A DNA stretch of 46,247 nucleotides from a virus. Its lineage: Duplodnaviria > Caudoviricetes. Positions 9,389-18,624 of the stretch are shown in pieces. Numbering within the stretch: position 1 is the first letter of the stretch; each line of letters begins with the position of its first letter. The notes beneath the pieces were generated by a model. It was not told where the DNA came from, ran no database searches, and worked only from the letters and a program-made list of their open reading frames with translations. Location: positions 1-46,247 of the IMG/VR virus record IMGVR_UViG_3300020045_005957. The stretch is one strand, 5' to 3'. A program made the position numbers and the translations under genes.

Positions 9389-10134
9389 GGTAAGATCTGC
9401 AACGTGACAGGGTTATTCTGTCCAGCTGTTGCTGCAAGGGAGCTGTTCTTCCCGATTTGGTAGGCCACTGTTGCTAAACCACCATTTGTGGTGGCATCGA
9501 ATGTGGTTACTACCCCGCCTGTAGTTCCTAAGTGCAATACACCAGCTGCAGGTGTTGCTGCGACGTGGAACGGATTGGCAGGACCCCAAGATTGCATCCA
9601 GAAGTAGGCACCTGAAGTGACTGCTGTTGGAGCAATACCAACGGGAGTATGAAGGTTTTGAGAACCCACAAAGACATTAGAAAATGGATTCTTCATAAGC
9701 CAGAATACTACACCTGAGGTAATTGTGGTGTTTAAGCCATCGTATAAGGTGATAGCAAAGCCAGTTGAGCCAGCTGCGTTACCCTTAATGCGATATAGCT
9801 CACCAGCAGCTGCGCCTGCTGCAGCACCAAAGTAACCTTCAGCATAAAGGTTAGCAGCGACGGCAGCAGAAGATGTGCCACTGATGACTTTTGCACCAGC
9901 AGATGTTGCAGCCACTGCGAAGATACCGCTTTGGTGAGAGGCAACAGGTGCTTGTGCGCATAAGACTTGACCGCCACCTACAGAAGCGGAAGCTTGTGCG
10001 TAGTAATACACACGATCTGCAATGCGCAGGCGTGTACCGAGCGGAGCATTCTGCGTTGTGTCCGGCTCGTAGATGCTTTGAGGTATTGGGATGATCGGGT
10101 CATTGACCAATACTTGATTCGTTGGAACACCCAT
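9385..10134 (-). CDS. Capsid decoration/cement protein
   Basis: 249 aa directly after the MCP; PLGTR....RVYYYA and GAYFWMQSWGP patterns seen in beta-tulip capsid cement proteins. Confidence 0.65.
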   Translation of the reverse strand: MGVPTNQVLVNDPIIPIPQSIYEPDTTQNAPLGTRLRIADRVYYYAQASASVGGGQVLCAQAPVASHQSGIFAVAATSAGAKVISGTSSAAVAANLYAEGYFGAAAGAAAGELYRIKGNAAGSTGFAITLYDGLNTTITSGVVFWLMKNPFSNVFVGSQNLHTPVGIAPTAVTSGAYFWMQSWGPANPFHVAATPAAGVLHLGTTGGVVTTFDATTNGGLATVAYQIGKNSSLAATAGQNNPVTLQILP

Positions 10135-10225
10135 TGTGATACTCCTTTGGCTTTTTTGTCTGCCTCATAAGGAGCATTGTCTTGCTCCTTGGAGACTAAG
10201 TTATCGCTTACAGCGTGTTGCAAGG

Positions 10226-11203
10226 TTACGCAATGGCTGTTAAGACACCCAAACTAGCCCGACGAGAGCTGACGAAGTTTAGCTTGATAGCTGTCTGCGC
10301 CACGCGGTCGTTGACTTGGTTAGGGATAGCTTTCCATTCCGTCATGTCAAAGTTTACATCTGGATCTATGGTGATACCGCAATACTTGCTGGTTAGCATG
10401 TACATACGACCAGATGGGCATTGCGAAGACCACAATAAGGGAATACCTTTCCAGGCAGTACTCATGCTTTCTGGATCAGCGCCTTCTTTGACGTTGATAA
10501 TCATGCGTTGCTCAAGCACTTCGTCGTCGAACAACTCAGCAACTGTCTGGGTTGTGATTAAGATGTTAGGCAACATACGTGTTTTGCCTTCAGAGCAGGT
10601 GTTAGCTAAGTTACGCATATCGGACAGGAGATAGACTGATGCTGCGCCAGTGCTAGTCTTCTGCCTATTTTGCCACCAAGAATAAGTGGTTTGCGCAATG
10701 TTTCCAACAGTACGAGCTACAGTAGGAGTTGCGTCGACGATATTACCTAAACCGTCGATGTCTTTACCACCGTTACCCGTGCCGTCCAAGAAGATCTGTT
10801 GCTCGATTAAGTCGGTCAACGAGTCCTTCAAGTTATCTATTTTAGCATTAGCTAAGGATAGATGTTGCTGGACACTCTTGTTTTGGGTGTCATCTGTGAA
10901 GTAACGAACGATGCTGCCTGCTAACCATTTCCATTGATACTGAGCTACCGTGAGGAACTTAGTCTCAGATAAAGAGATGGTATCTCCACGACCTAACGAC
11001 TTGACGGTTTCATTCTTAGCATAGCTAAGAGGCACTTCTAAGTACCGCCCACCAGTGCCATTAAACGTAATTCCGCCACGCTTAAATAGCTCATTAGTTA
11101 ATGGCGTAGCTGTAAAGATGCTATCAGTTACTTCTTTCTTACGATTATTCCAGGTTGACGTATATAAGTCATCCAGGATTTCTGTTCTTGTTGGGACTGC
11201 CAT
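10226..11203 (-). CDS. Major capsid protein (HK97-fold)
   Basis: 325 aa; GG..LEVPL.Y, DGTGNGGKDIDGL.IV and W..SWWQN motifs; follows scaffold and portal. Confidence 0.85.
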   Translation of the reverse strand: MAVPTRTEILDDLYTSTWNNRKKEVTDSIFTATPLTNELFKRGGITFNGTGGRYLEVPLSYAKNETVKSLGRGDTISLSETKFLTVAQYQWKWLAGSIVRYFTDDTQNKSVQQHLSLANAKIDNLKDSLTDLIEQQIFLDGTGNGGKDIDGLGNIVDATPTVARTVGNIAQTTYSWWQNRQKTSTGAASVYLLSDMRNLANTCSEGKTRMLPNILITTQTVAELFDDEVLEQRMIINVKEGADPESMSTAWKGIPLLWSSQCPSGRMYMLTSKYCGITIDPDVNFDMTEWKAIPNQVNDRVAQTAIKLNFVSSRRASLGVLTAIA

Positions 11204-11215
11204 GGGAATTACTCC

Positions 11216-11833
11216 TTATATTTTATCTCCCGAAAGTCCGTGCTTGGCTGATACCTCTGCCCATGCAGCTTGCGCTGCAGCATGAGGATCTTTGAATGTC
11301 TTGATGGTGTCACCTTCTACAGGAACCCTGGAGCTAGGTTTTTCATTACCTTGAGCTGGCTTAGCTGGAGGAGTTTCCTTTGGTTTTGGTGTAGCCTCTC
11401 CTACTTGAGCCTTTGCTAAAAGGTAAGCTTGCTCGATGGTAAGCTCATTATCAGAGCCATTTAAGATCTCGACGATCTTATCTTTATGGTCGTCGAAGTC
11501 GGTATGGCGGGCTTTTACATCGTCCAGCTCTTGGCGAATTTGCACTTGACCAAGCCTTTGATTAATAGGCTTGAGTGCATCCTGCACTGATGTTGCAACA
11601 CCTGTGGCGATAAGACCCTGTAACTGTTCAAGCGTCATGCTTTGCAGGTTTACAGGTGTGGTTCCTGGAAGAGCTGGCTTAGGCTTGTTCTTGGTTTCTA
11701 AGTACGAGATGTACTCGGGGTCAAGCAGCTTATTGCGCAAGTCTTCCATGGTACGTGTGGTCTCTTCGGCCTTAGACTTCAATTGCTCAAACTCGGCTTT
11801 TGGGACTGTTTCTACGGTTGGTTGTTCAGACAT
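11216..11833 (-). CDS. Capsid scaffolding protein
   Basis: 205 aa acidic coiled-coil, HTDFD...EQAY motif, immediately upstream of the MCP. Confidence 0.7.
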   Translation of the reverse strand: MSEQPTVETVPKAEFEQLKSKAEETTRTMEDLRNKLLDPEYISYLETKNKPKPALPGTTPVNLQSMTLEQLQGLIATGVATSVQDALKPINQRLGQVQIRQELDDVKARHTDFDDHKDKIVEILNGSDNELTIEQAYLLAKAQVGEATPKPKETPPAKPAQGNEKPSSRVPVEGDTIKTFKDPHAAAQAAWAEVSAKHGLSGDKI

Positions 11834-12086
11834 TTGATACCTCCGTCGTGGGGGTTGTTACTGGTTCGCTTGATTCGTAGCTGGGTGGATAAGCACGTCG
11901 AGTCGCGAGTTGCTTAGATTTATAAGCACGTCCGATTGTGCGGCCTATAAGCTGTACGTCACGACCTACCCAGTCACCACCGAACTCGTACTTGGGGGCT
12001 AATCCTGGAACTAAGGTGATGTGCAATGTCTTAGCTCCTTTAGCCTCCTCAAGTGCTAGTCCTGCTTTCTTTGTAAATTTTACCAT
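11826..12086 (-). CDS. Hypothetical head-cluster protein
   Basis: 86 aa, AGGAGG RBS. Confidence 0.6.
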   Translation of the reverse strand: MVKFTKKAGLALEEAKGAKTLHITLVPGLAPKYEFGGDWVGRDVQLIGRTIGRAYKSKQLATRRAYPPSYESSEPVTTPTTEVSNV

Positions 12087-12100
12087 CGCTTACCTCCTGT

Positions 12101-12382
12101 TTAGAAGTTCCACTCAACGCCTTTGCCTTGAGATGAGGACTTCATAAATGCTTTAGGGATCAGGTTCTTGCCTGTCCGTTTATTCTCTGCCATGATGACT
12201 TCCTTTAAGTGATGCTTGTCACGTATGAATACTGGCTTAGGGCCTATGTTCTCCCAAGTGCCTCGTACCCAGTCTCGCTGCTTCTTCACCCGCTCACCTT
12301 CAACAGATCTTCTACTTGTGCCATATGGGTCAAGTGATGTAGCAACTGCACTGTGCTGACCTAATACTGGTGTAGCCATCAT
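12101..12382 (-). CDS. Hypothetical protein downstream of portal
   Basis: 93 aa; WENIGPKPVFIRDK motif; coupled to the portal stop. Confidence 0.6.
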   Translation of the reverse strand: MMATPVLGQHSAVATSLDPYGTSRRSVEGERVKKQRDWVRGTWENIGPKPVFIRDKHHLKEVIMAENKRTGKNLIPKAFMKSSSQGKGVEWNF

Positions 12383-14154
12383 CTGCCTCGCCCAGCTGAT
12401 TGGATCGCTGCCAGCTGTGCAGGAGCGATGGGTTGTTGTGCAGACCCTCCCATACCCCCCATAGCTTGCTGCATCTGCTCTGACATTTTATTACCTGCAC
12501 CAGATTGTGCGATTAAGCGATCTATATCGAGGCCAATATCATCAAAGTTACCGAACAGTGCTCGTTGTATCTCTGCTGGAACTGGCACGCCTTGCTGTAT
12601 CTGCCCTTGGTTCATCTTAGTCCACACTTCAGCTACTTCAAGCAACTGTTTACGCTTGGTGTTGCTGTCCATGTTAGCACCCTCTTCAGGTGTGACGATG
12701 AGATTATAGTCGTCCTTGATGGCTGGGCCATTAAACTTAACCCACCATTTAGCTCCATCTGGCCCTACAATACTCTCCACTTTATCAGCAGTCCAATAGG
12801 TGAATATGTATGAATTGAACTTGCGCACCACTTTACCAAGCAAGTCAGCCATAGCGTCCCGGCGCTCGTCGAGTCTAATGTTTAGTGATTGCATGACTGC
12901 GTCAGTTTCAGCAGCCGAGACGTGTGTCTTACCTTGATAGTCACCCATCAACACCCGACTAAAGCCAACCATCTCACGCACGTCACCTTGGACGACAGCG
13001 CCCATAGCATTAAGGTCATTCAATATACCTGAGACTCCTGGATTTAATGGCAGCACCGCATCTCGTAATCCTGTATCACTATCTATTTCTACAAATGCCC
13101 CAATATCACCAGATTTCAGCTTTTGCTTCTCGGCTTCAGTCAAGGCCCCCTTCTTAATAAGAGCCTTCATGATATCTACTTGGCGATGGCGCATAGCTTG
13201 TGTACGGATGTCGATTAGTTCAAGTAATTGGGGCTCAATGATACGTGCATCAGGAATTCCGTAGATGTAGTCAGGATCTGGGTTGAAGCTAAGTGTTTCG
13301 CAAGGAAGCCCATCTACCTGCATCTCATCTTGCTCATTACGAAGGAGGTTTGTGCTGTTCATCGTCAGCGCGATCACTTTACCCGTCTTAGCGTTGTGCA
13401 CCTGCCAAAGTTCTACCCATCTAGCATCTGGATCTGGAGAAAAGTTATTAAGGTCCTTCAAGTCTACTATTTGGCCGCCATCGGGATTAGTGCGAATAGG
13501 GGTAACCTCGCCTTGCAGATCAGTGGTGTTAGAGTATTTCTTATCTGATTTTAGGTCAGTTACACGCCTAAATACCCTCATAGCAACCCACTCACTGCTC
13601 TCAATGTCAGTACAACCCCACGGAAAAACCACATCCTCAGGTCTGTTACGCAAGAACCATGGCATTCCGGGAGAAACCCCCTTATTTACCTCTATCTTGT
13701 CACCTTTCTTGTTAAACTGCGTCATGGAGAACTGTCCTGTAGGGTCAGAAAGAGCGCTGTCGTAGCCAAACATGGAGTCATAGCCTACAAAACCAGTCGC
13801 TGTGCCTGCAAAGAAGCAGTCTGCGACCATTTTCTTTAGTTCCCGCTTAGTCATGAGCTCGTAGAGCAGCCAATTGTCGAGTTTCTGCACAATCCTGGCG
13901 TTCAACTCTGCTAAAGGGCCCGGCTTGCGCGGGGTCACAGTCACTCTCGGGTTTCTAAGCACGATTTGTGGTGTTAATGAGCGTAGTACAGAGTACATGA
14001 TGTTAACAGGAAGGGTTCCTTGGGCAAACTCGTGTCTGTAGTAGCTTTTAAATCTCCCCCATTCTTGTGAACGACCCACTTTTCTTTGAAATCTCAAACC
14101 GTTTAATATGCGATCTTGCCAGAGTTTGGATTCCGTCAGCCCGTTAAGTTCCAT
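12379..14154 (-). CDS. Portal protein (podophage-type)
   Basis: 591 aa; size, position between TerL and scaffold, SAAET motif and Gln-rich C-terminal tail. Confidence 0.85.
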   Translation of the reverse strand: MELNGLTESKLWQDRILNGLRFQRKVGRSQEWGRFKSYYRHEFAQGTLPVNIMYSVLRSLTPQIVLRNPRVTVTPRKPGPLAELNARIVQKLDNWLLYELMTKRELKKMVADCFFAGTATGFVGYDSMFGYDSALSDPTGQFSMTQFNKKGDKIEVNKGVSPGMPWFLRNRPEDVVFPWGCTDIESSEWVAMRVFRRVTDLKSDKKYSNTTDLQGEVTPIRTNPDGGQIVDLKDLNNFSPDPDARWVELWQVHNAKTGKVIALTMNSTNLLRNEQDEMQVDGLPCETLSFNPDPDYIYGIPDARIIEPQLLELIDIRTQAMRHRQVDIMKALIKKGALTEAEKQKLKSGDIGAFVEIDSDTGLRDAVLPLNPGVSGILNDLNAMGAVVQGDVREMVGFSRVLMGDYQGKTHVSAAETDAVMQSLNIRLDERRDAMADLLGKVVRKFNSYIFTYWTADKVESIVGPDGAKWWVKFNGPAIKDDYNLIVTPEEGANMDSNTKRKQLLEVAEVWTKMNQGQIQQGVPVPAEIQRALFGNFDDIGLDIDRLIAQSGAGNKMSEQMQQAMGGMGGSAQQPIAPAQLAAIQSAGRGR

Positions 14155-14590
14155 TTTTCACCAAGTAGGTAACCATCTTGTTTAAGATCTCAATATTGTC
14201 TTGCACCCCACCCAAATATAAGTTACAACGAGAGCATAACCAACCTCTAAACTTACCTGTTTTGTGGCTGTGATCGTAGCAGATCTTTCCACCTTTACCA
14301 CAGATCTCACAAGTATCTGGTTTGGGTCTACCGGCAACACGTTCTAACTTCTCTAAGTTTCTTCGGTTTTGGTAGACTTTAGAGCTTGCTTTAACATGTT
14401 CTCTTTGCCAATATGCTCTGTGCTTAGCTGCAATCTTTTCACGGTGCTTCTCCCTATACGACCGATTAAACTCATAGACACAGTCTTTACAAGTTTTTCC
14501 GTGCCCATCTAGACTGGTAACTCGACGGTGAAATACAGAAAGAGGTTTGTCTTCTCTACAGTGGTTGCACTTTTTAGATAACTCTACCAA
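14144..14590 (-). CDS. Endonuclease VII-family (His-Me) endonuclease, probably a free-standing homing endonuclease
   Basis: N-terminal CxxC...CKDC Zn ribbon; CEICG...YDHSHKTGKFRGWLCSRCNLYLG..DN. Confidence 0.88.
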   Translation of the reverse strand: MVELSKKCNHCREDKPLSVFHRRVTSLDGHGKTCKDCVYEFNRSYREKHREKIAAKHRAYWQREHVKASSKVYQNRRNLEKLERVAGRPKPDTCEICGKGGKICYDHSHKTGKFRGWLCSRCNLYLGGVQDNIEILNKMVTYLVKNGT

Positions 14591-14680
14591 TTAGCACGCC
14601 CCACCTTTAGCAACAGATTTCCTACCTTGCTTAGCTGCCTTTATCATCTTTGCCCGCATAACATTGTTTAGCTTTGCCAT
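14591..14680 (-). CDS. 29-aa basic microprotein MAKLNNVMRAKMIKAAKQGRKSVAKGGAC
   Basis: Translated by hand; TGATG coupling to the lysozyme stop; fills the gap exactly. Confidence 0.55.
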   Translation of the reverse strand: MAKLNNVMRAKMIKAAKQGRKSVAKGGAC

Positions 14681-15249
14681 CACTTATCTCCACGTAGATG
14701 CTTCCATGTTTTAGGCCCAACTGCACCATCTGTAGCTAGACCCTTTAATTTCTGAAACTCCCTTACCTTATTAGTATCGTATGGCTGTCCTGTTAATACT
14801 GTGTAAGCATTCTTGTAAGCCCTTCCTGATGTATCTTTAGCCCGTGCGTAGTTGGAGTTTACTACTTCATCAGCTGCTCCTTGCATATCTCCTGCTTGCA
14901 TCTTTTCACGCAGATTGTGGAAGCCGCTTAACCTAGCTCCTCCCATGTTATAAGCCATATCAGTTAGAACAAACTGCCTATTTGGGTCTAGCTTCTTATA
15001 CGTACCCTCACCTACAAAACTTTGTGCATCTGCTTGTGCTAAGGCTATCCTCTTCTGCAACACCACCTGTGCTTCTTGTGGTGTAAGCTGCCTTCTTCCC
15101 TGCTGCACCTCAAGCGGCATGAGGCTTACTGTTACAGGGTCTTTCATGTTGAAACCAAAGCCTTGTGTAGGAATACCCCTTGTATCCTTATAGGTATTCT
15201 GCCTATATCCCTCCCGCTCTACTATCCTAGCAGCTACTTCATTAGCCAC
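14680..15249 (-). CDS. GH24 (T4-type) lysozyme with C-terminal peptidoglycan-binding motif
   Basis: E-x8-D-x5-T triad (EGYRQNTYKDTRGIPT), DMAYNMG, FQ..KGL..DG.VGPKTW. Confidence 0.9.
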   Translation of the reverse strand: MANEVAARIVEREGYRQNTYKDTRGIPTQGFGFNMKDPVTVSLMPLEVQQGRRQLTPQEAQVVLQKRIALAQADAQSFVGEGTYKKLDPNRQFVLTDMAYNMGGARLSGFHNLREKMQAGDMQGAADEVVNSNYARAKDTSGRAYKNAYTVLTGQPYDTNKVREFQKLKGLATDGAVGPKTWKHLRGDK

Positions 15250-16847
15250 GCGTTCTCCAATGGGTTAGAAAATGGATATAGGCTTGTTCTACTTGCTGCC
15301 TTATCTTCCATCTCCTTCTCAAGCGCATCAAATGCAGCCTCGAGGCGTCCTTCCTTAGTAATCTCAAATGTATTTAGCACCGCATCTACTGTAGCTACAG
15401 CTGGGCGTTTAGCATATCTATGAAGAAATCCAAGAGTATCTGCAATATCCTTGGTTGATGTGTAGGGGTAGTCCTCGAGTTCCTGAAGGAGATTGGACAT
15501 AGGACGTAGTACATGAAGCATGCCGTTCGTCACAACAGGTTCTAAGGACTCAATTCTTAGTGCCTTGGCATTAGCCTTGTTATCTGTAGGGATTGCTTCC
15601 ACGCTGTAGGCAAATCCCCCTTCTTGTTCCATCTCTTGCTTAGCGAAATGTCTTAGTGCGATCTGGTAACCCACTTCCTCGATGTAGACCTTACTTCCAA
15701 ACTGCGCAGCGTGGCTCTTCATGAGTTCTATCATCTGTGTTGGGTTAAACTTTCCTGCATCTATACGGTAAATCCAAAGGTGATTACGTGAGTCACGCCC
15801 ACCAGTTAGAACGACGTTGCGGCATATGCGCTTACTGTCTTTCCAACTTGCGAGATCAACAAAGGTCAGTAGCTTCATACCCTTAGGGTATTCATCAATC
15901 GTGTCATGGCGATGCACGTAGGCTATAGCAAACTTAATCTCATCTCCCACGCGCGGCCTGTTGAGGTACTGCGTTTCAAAGATCTTAGCACCCTGGCTTG
16001 CACGGATGTTCTCCAATGTTTTGATGTCATATCTCTCTGGCCATATACAGTAACTGTCGTCAGGCACAGGCCACAGGGCATCCTTCGTGACTGCGATCTC
16101 AAAGACTGCGTAATGGGTTTCCTGCTTGCGTATGTAGTCGATGACGTCGTGGGGAGCCCAGCGTGTGCCTGTATTATCTATGCACCCTGTTTGGGGGTTG
16201 GAAAGTAGCGAGAATGTAAGCTTATGCCATCCGATAGCGTTATCAATGTCCTCTTGGGAAGGCATAAGTTCTTGGCCTGTGAAGTCGTCTTTCTTTGCGT
16301 ATACCAAATCATCTTCGAGTATGTGGTCGAAGTGTTGGGAGATGACTGAGCCGCCCACGCCGACTGCGGTATACGTTCCTTCAGTGTAGTTTCCTGGACG
16401 ATTGACTTGTGCGCAGTGGTCTGACCATCGTACTTTGTTGAACTCAGGTACGAGATCTGGAAATGCAGCTTTGAGACGGTCGTTATTTTCCCACTCTGAC
16501 TTGATTTTGTTGACCATCTTTGCAGCGTTGTCAATGACGTTAGATGCGACCAAAATACGGACATTAGCTCCCTTATATGGATAGACAGACGCATATAGGC
16601 CCTCCTCATCTGGAAGAGTTAACCAAATTGCCTTAGCTATAGTGAAGGTCCATGTTTTGAACCAGGAGCGGGGGACACATGCAGATCTGAAGCGTCCGTA
16701 GTTTGGGTGGGTTGCAAAATGACACATATCTCCGTGCACATGTGGCACAAAGTCTTTATAGCCTAGAACTTCCTTACACAGATAGTACAAGGAGGCGCTG
16801 GCCATCTTACGATCTATTTTAGCTTGTGCAGAGAGATGGTGGCTCAA
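15234..16847 (-). CDS. terL: Terminase large subunit
   Basis: PRSWFKT Walker A variant, ILEDDLV Walker B, GTRW..HD, WPER, nuclease VDLAS...DIAD. Confidence 0.92.
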   Translation of the reverse strand: MSHHLSAQAKIDRKMASASLYYLCKEVLGYKDFVPHVHGDMCHFATHPNYGRFRSACVPRSWFKTWTFTIAKAIWLTLPDEEGLYASVYPYKGANVRILVASNVIDNAAKMVNKIKSEWENNDRLKAAFPDLVPEFNKVRWSDHCAQVNRPGNYTEGTYTAVGVGGSVISQHFDHILEDDLVYAKKDDFTGQELMPSQEDIDNAIGWHKLTFSLLSNPQTGCIDNTGTRWAPHDVIDYIRKQETHYAVFEIAVTKDALWPVPDDSYCIWPERYDIKTLENIRASQGAKIFETQYLNRPRVGDEIKFAIAYVHRHDTIDEYPKGMKLLTFVDLASWKDSKRICRNVVLTGGRDSRNHLWIYRIDAGKFNPTQMIELMKSHAAQFGSKVYIEEVGYQIALRHFAKQEMEQEGGFAYSVEAIPTDNKANAKALRIESLEPVVTNGMLHVLRPMSNLLQELEDYPYTSTKDIADTLGFLHRYAKRPAVATVDAVLNTFEITKEGRLEAAFDALEKEMEDKAASRTSLYPFSNPLENAWLMK

Positions 16848-17471
16848 TTAGCCTTTGCCAATACTCCCCAGTAGAACGCCCTCATTTTTTGTCTCATGAG
16901 CCTTGTCCGTATCGGAGCTCGCAAGTTTACCCTTACCTCTATCGCCGAGGATGAAGGGACTTGACTGGGTTGAAAGTCGCTTAACTATGTCCTCAGTTTC
17001 TAGCAAGACATTCTTTGCATGGATAACTTCCTCAGGACTGTAGACCCTTTCGCGGGTCTCTACTATCTCGATGGGCTTAAGGCCGCATCGGTCTAAAATG
17101 TCTTTAGCTGCTGTGACTTGTTCTCTAGTTCCGTCGCCAGTTTGTGCTATGGCTATCATTGTCTTTGCTGCCATTACTGCTGCATTATCAAGGTGTCGTC
17201 GTGCTTCCTGCACATTATTAGTCGTGAGGTGCTGGATCTGTTTCTCAGTAATCCTCTCGACGACACTCATATGAACTGTCTTTAAACGCTCTTTAAAGAT
17301 TGGCTGATTCTGTATGGCAACAACTGCTGCTCTGGTCATGTAATTCTTCGCTGCAATATCAGCATTAGGCACGCCTTGATGCGTTGCTTCAAGGACTTTA
17401 GTATGCCTATCAGTCCAGTTCTCGTCTGTTAAGCTACGCTGTCGTGCAAAGTTCTTGACCTTTAGTACCAT
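16848..17471 (-). CDS. terS: Terminase small subunit (likely start ATG 17471)
   Basis: N-terminal HTH, AAKDILDRCG motif, directly upstream of terL. Confidence 0.8.
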   Translation of the reverse strand: MVLKVKNFARQRSLTDENWTDRHTKVLEATHQGVPNADIAAKNYMTRAAVVAIQNQPIFKERLKTVHMSVVERITEKQIQHLTTNNVQEARRHLDNAAVMAAKTMIAIAQTGDGTREQVTAAKDILDRCGLKPIEIVETRERVYSPEEVIHAKNVLLETEDIVKRLSTQSSPFILGDRGKGKLASSDTDKAHETKNEGVLLGSIGKG

Positions 17472-17506
17472 GCTATACACATAGCACACCTAGCTTCGTG
17501 GGTCAA
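17472..17506 (-). promoter_or_regulatory. Possible sigma70 promoter for the late arm (leaderless terS)
   Basis: Minus strand TTGACC-17 nt-TATGTG with TG extension; ATG 6 nt downstream; no SD. Confidence 0.4.
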
Positions 17507-17699
17507 GAGAATTTTGGGAAATTTTTAGAAAGGGTGGTGCACGTAGTCTTGGCTGATGCGCTATAAAATTTTTAGAAAGGGGTGTCATGGGATTTGGAGG
17601 GGTGGCGTAAATGTGAAGAGACCCCGGCCTGGGCACCCACCCCCTCAGGGGGGAAACGACTTTTCTACGTCGAGGAAACGCTTCCTCGTCGAGCCGACC

Positions 17700-17738
17700 T
17701 GTGGATATGTGGATAACATGTGCACAAGCTGTGGACAA
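17700..17738. promoter_or_regulatory. Cluster of four DnaA-box-like 9-mers
   Basis: TGTGGATAT (17700), TGTGGATAA (17708, exact reverse complement of TTATCCACA), TGTGCACAA (17719), TGTGGACAA (17730). Confidence 0.7.
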
Positions 17739-17823
17739 CAGCGACGAGGTGGCTAACAGCGACGAGCCTTAGTTCATGAATGGGCATGATGTCCCGTCGG
17801 TGTGAAGGCTTGCCAGCGGCGAG

Positions 17824-17844
17824 CTTGACAACAATGGTATGATG
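17824..17844 (+). promoter_or_regulatory. Promoter-like motif CTTGACA-N4-TGGTATRATG (copy 1)
   Basis: CTTGACA ACAA TGGTATGATG upstream of the first early gene. Confidence 0.7.
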
Positions 17845-17906
17845 GCATTGCCTGGTCAGAAAACCGACAAGCCCGTCGGTGTAGACCACAAAATCAAGGG
17901 GGACAC

Positions 17907-18116
17907 ATGAGAACATCACTAGACGTTACACCATCACTAAAAATACCTATTATATACCCTACTCGCTGGAAGGGTAAACCAAGGACATTAACTCAAGCAC
18001 AAGCAATATTCGACGCTATTGAAGCAAGAGAGCTGGCGGACATGAGAAGAGCGGAAGAGCATGCACTTGAGCATGTAGGGCACGTGATAGATGAGAATTT
18101 CTCATATACTAAATGA
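17907..18116 (+). CDS. Early hypothetical protein
   Basis: 69 aa, AAGGGGG RBS. Confidence 0.65.
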   Translation: MRTSLDVTPSLKIPIIYPTRWKGKPRTLTQAQAIFDAIEARELADMRRAEEHALEHVGHVIDENFSYTK

Positions 18117-18204
18117 GAATTGTTACATCCCTAGAGACTGCAATGGGTTACAGACGCGCTAGGGCTTATTAGACAAACAGTAATTAACAAACAAGGGGGA
18201 TTGC

Positions 18205-18624
18205 ATGAGTACACAAGGACAAGAGCTAAAGACCAACATGACAAACAGGGTTGTAGGGTTAACGCCTACTATCAAGACAGCAGAACAACGCAAGGCAGAG
18301 CTAAAACAAGCATTAGCTAACATACCAACAAAGACTGCAAGACAAGCTAGAGTACGTCCAGACATGCCTACGGAAGTCAAAGAGCTTGTGGAACTTGTGG
18401 AAGGATTAGACTTGAGTGATATACGCAAGATGGCAACAGCACAAGCTGGTATGGATGATAGAGTGCCTAGTAATAGCGTTTGGGGGGGATACACGTCAGA
18501 CAAAACAGGCAAGCCGAGCTGGTCATGCGGTGAGGGTATGTTTGACAAGGGTACTACTGTTGCAATTAAAGGACAATATGTCATGGCGATTAAAGTGGGG
18601 TTGAGTATATACGAAAAGAAATAG
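18205..18624 (+). CDS. Early hypothetical protein
   Basis: 139 aa, AAGGGGGA RBS. Confidence 0.75.
   Translation: MSTQGQELKTNMTNRVVGLTPTIKTAEQRKAELKQALANIPTKTARQARVRPDMPTEVKELVELVEGLDLSDIRKMATAQAGMDDRVPSNSVWGGYTSDKTGKPSWSCGEGMFDKGTTVAIKGQYVMAIKVGLSIYEKK

Noticed and set aside
17490-17919. ORFs called in the divergent control region
   Set aside because: No RBS or protein-like composition; the region is occupied by repeats, DnaA boxes and promoters
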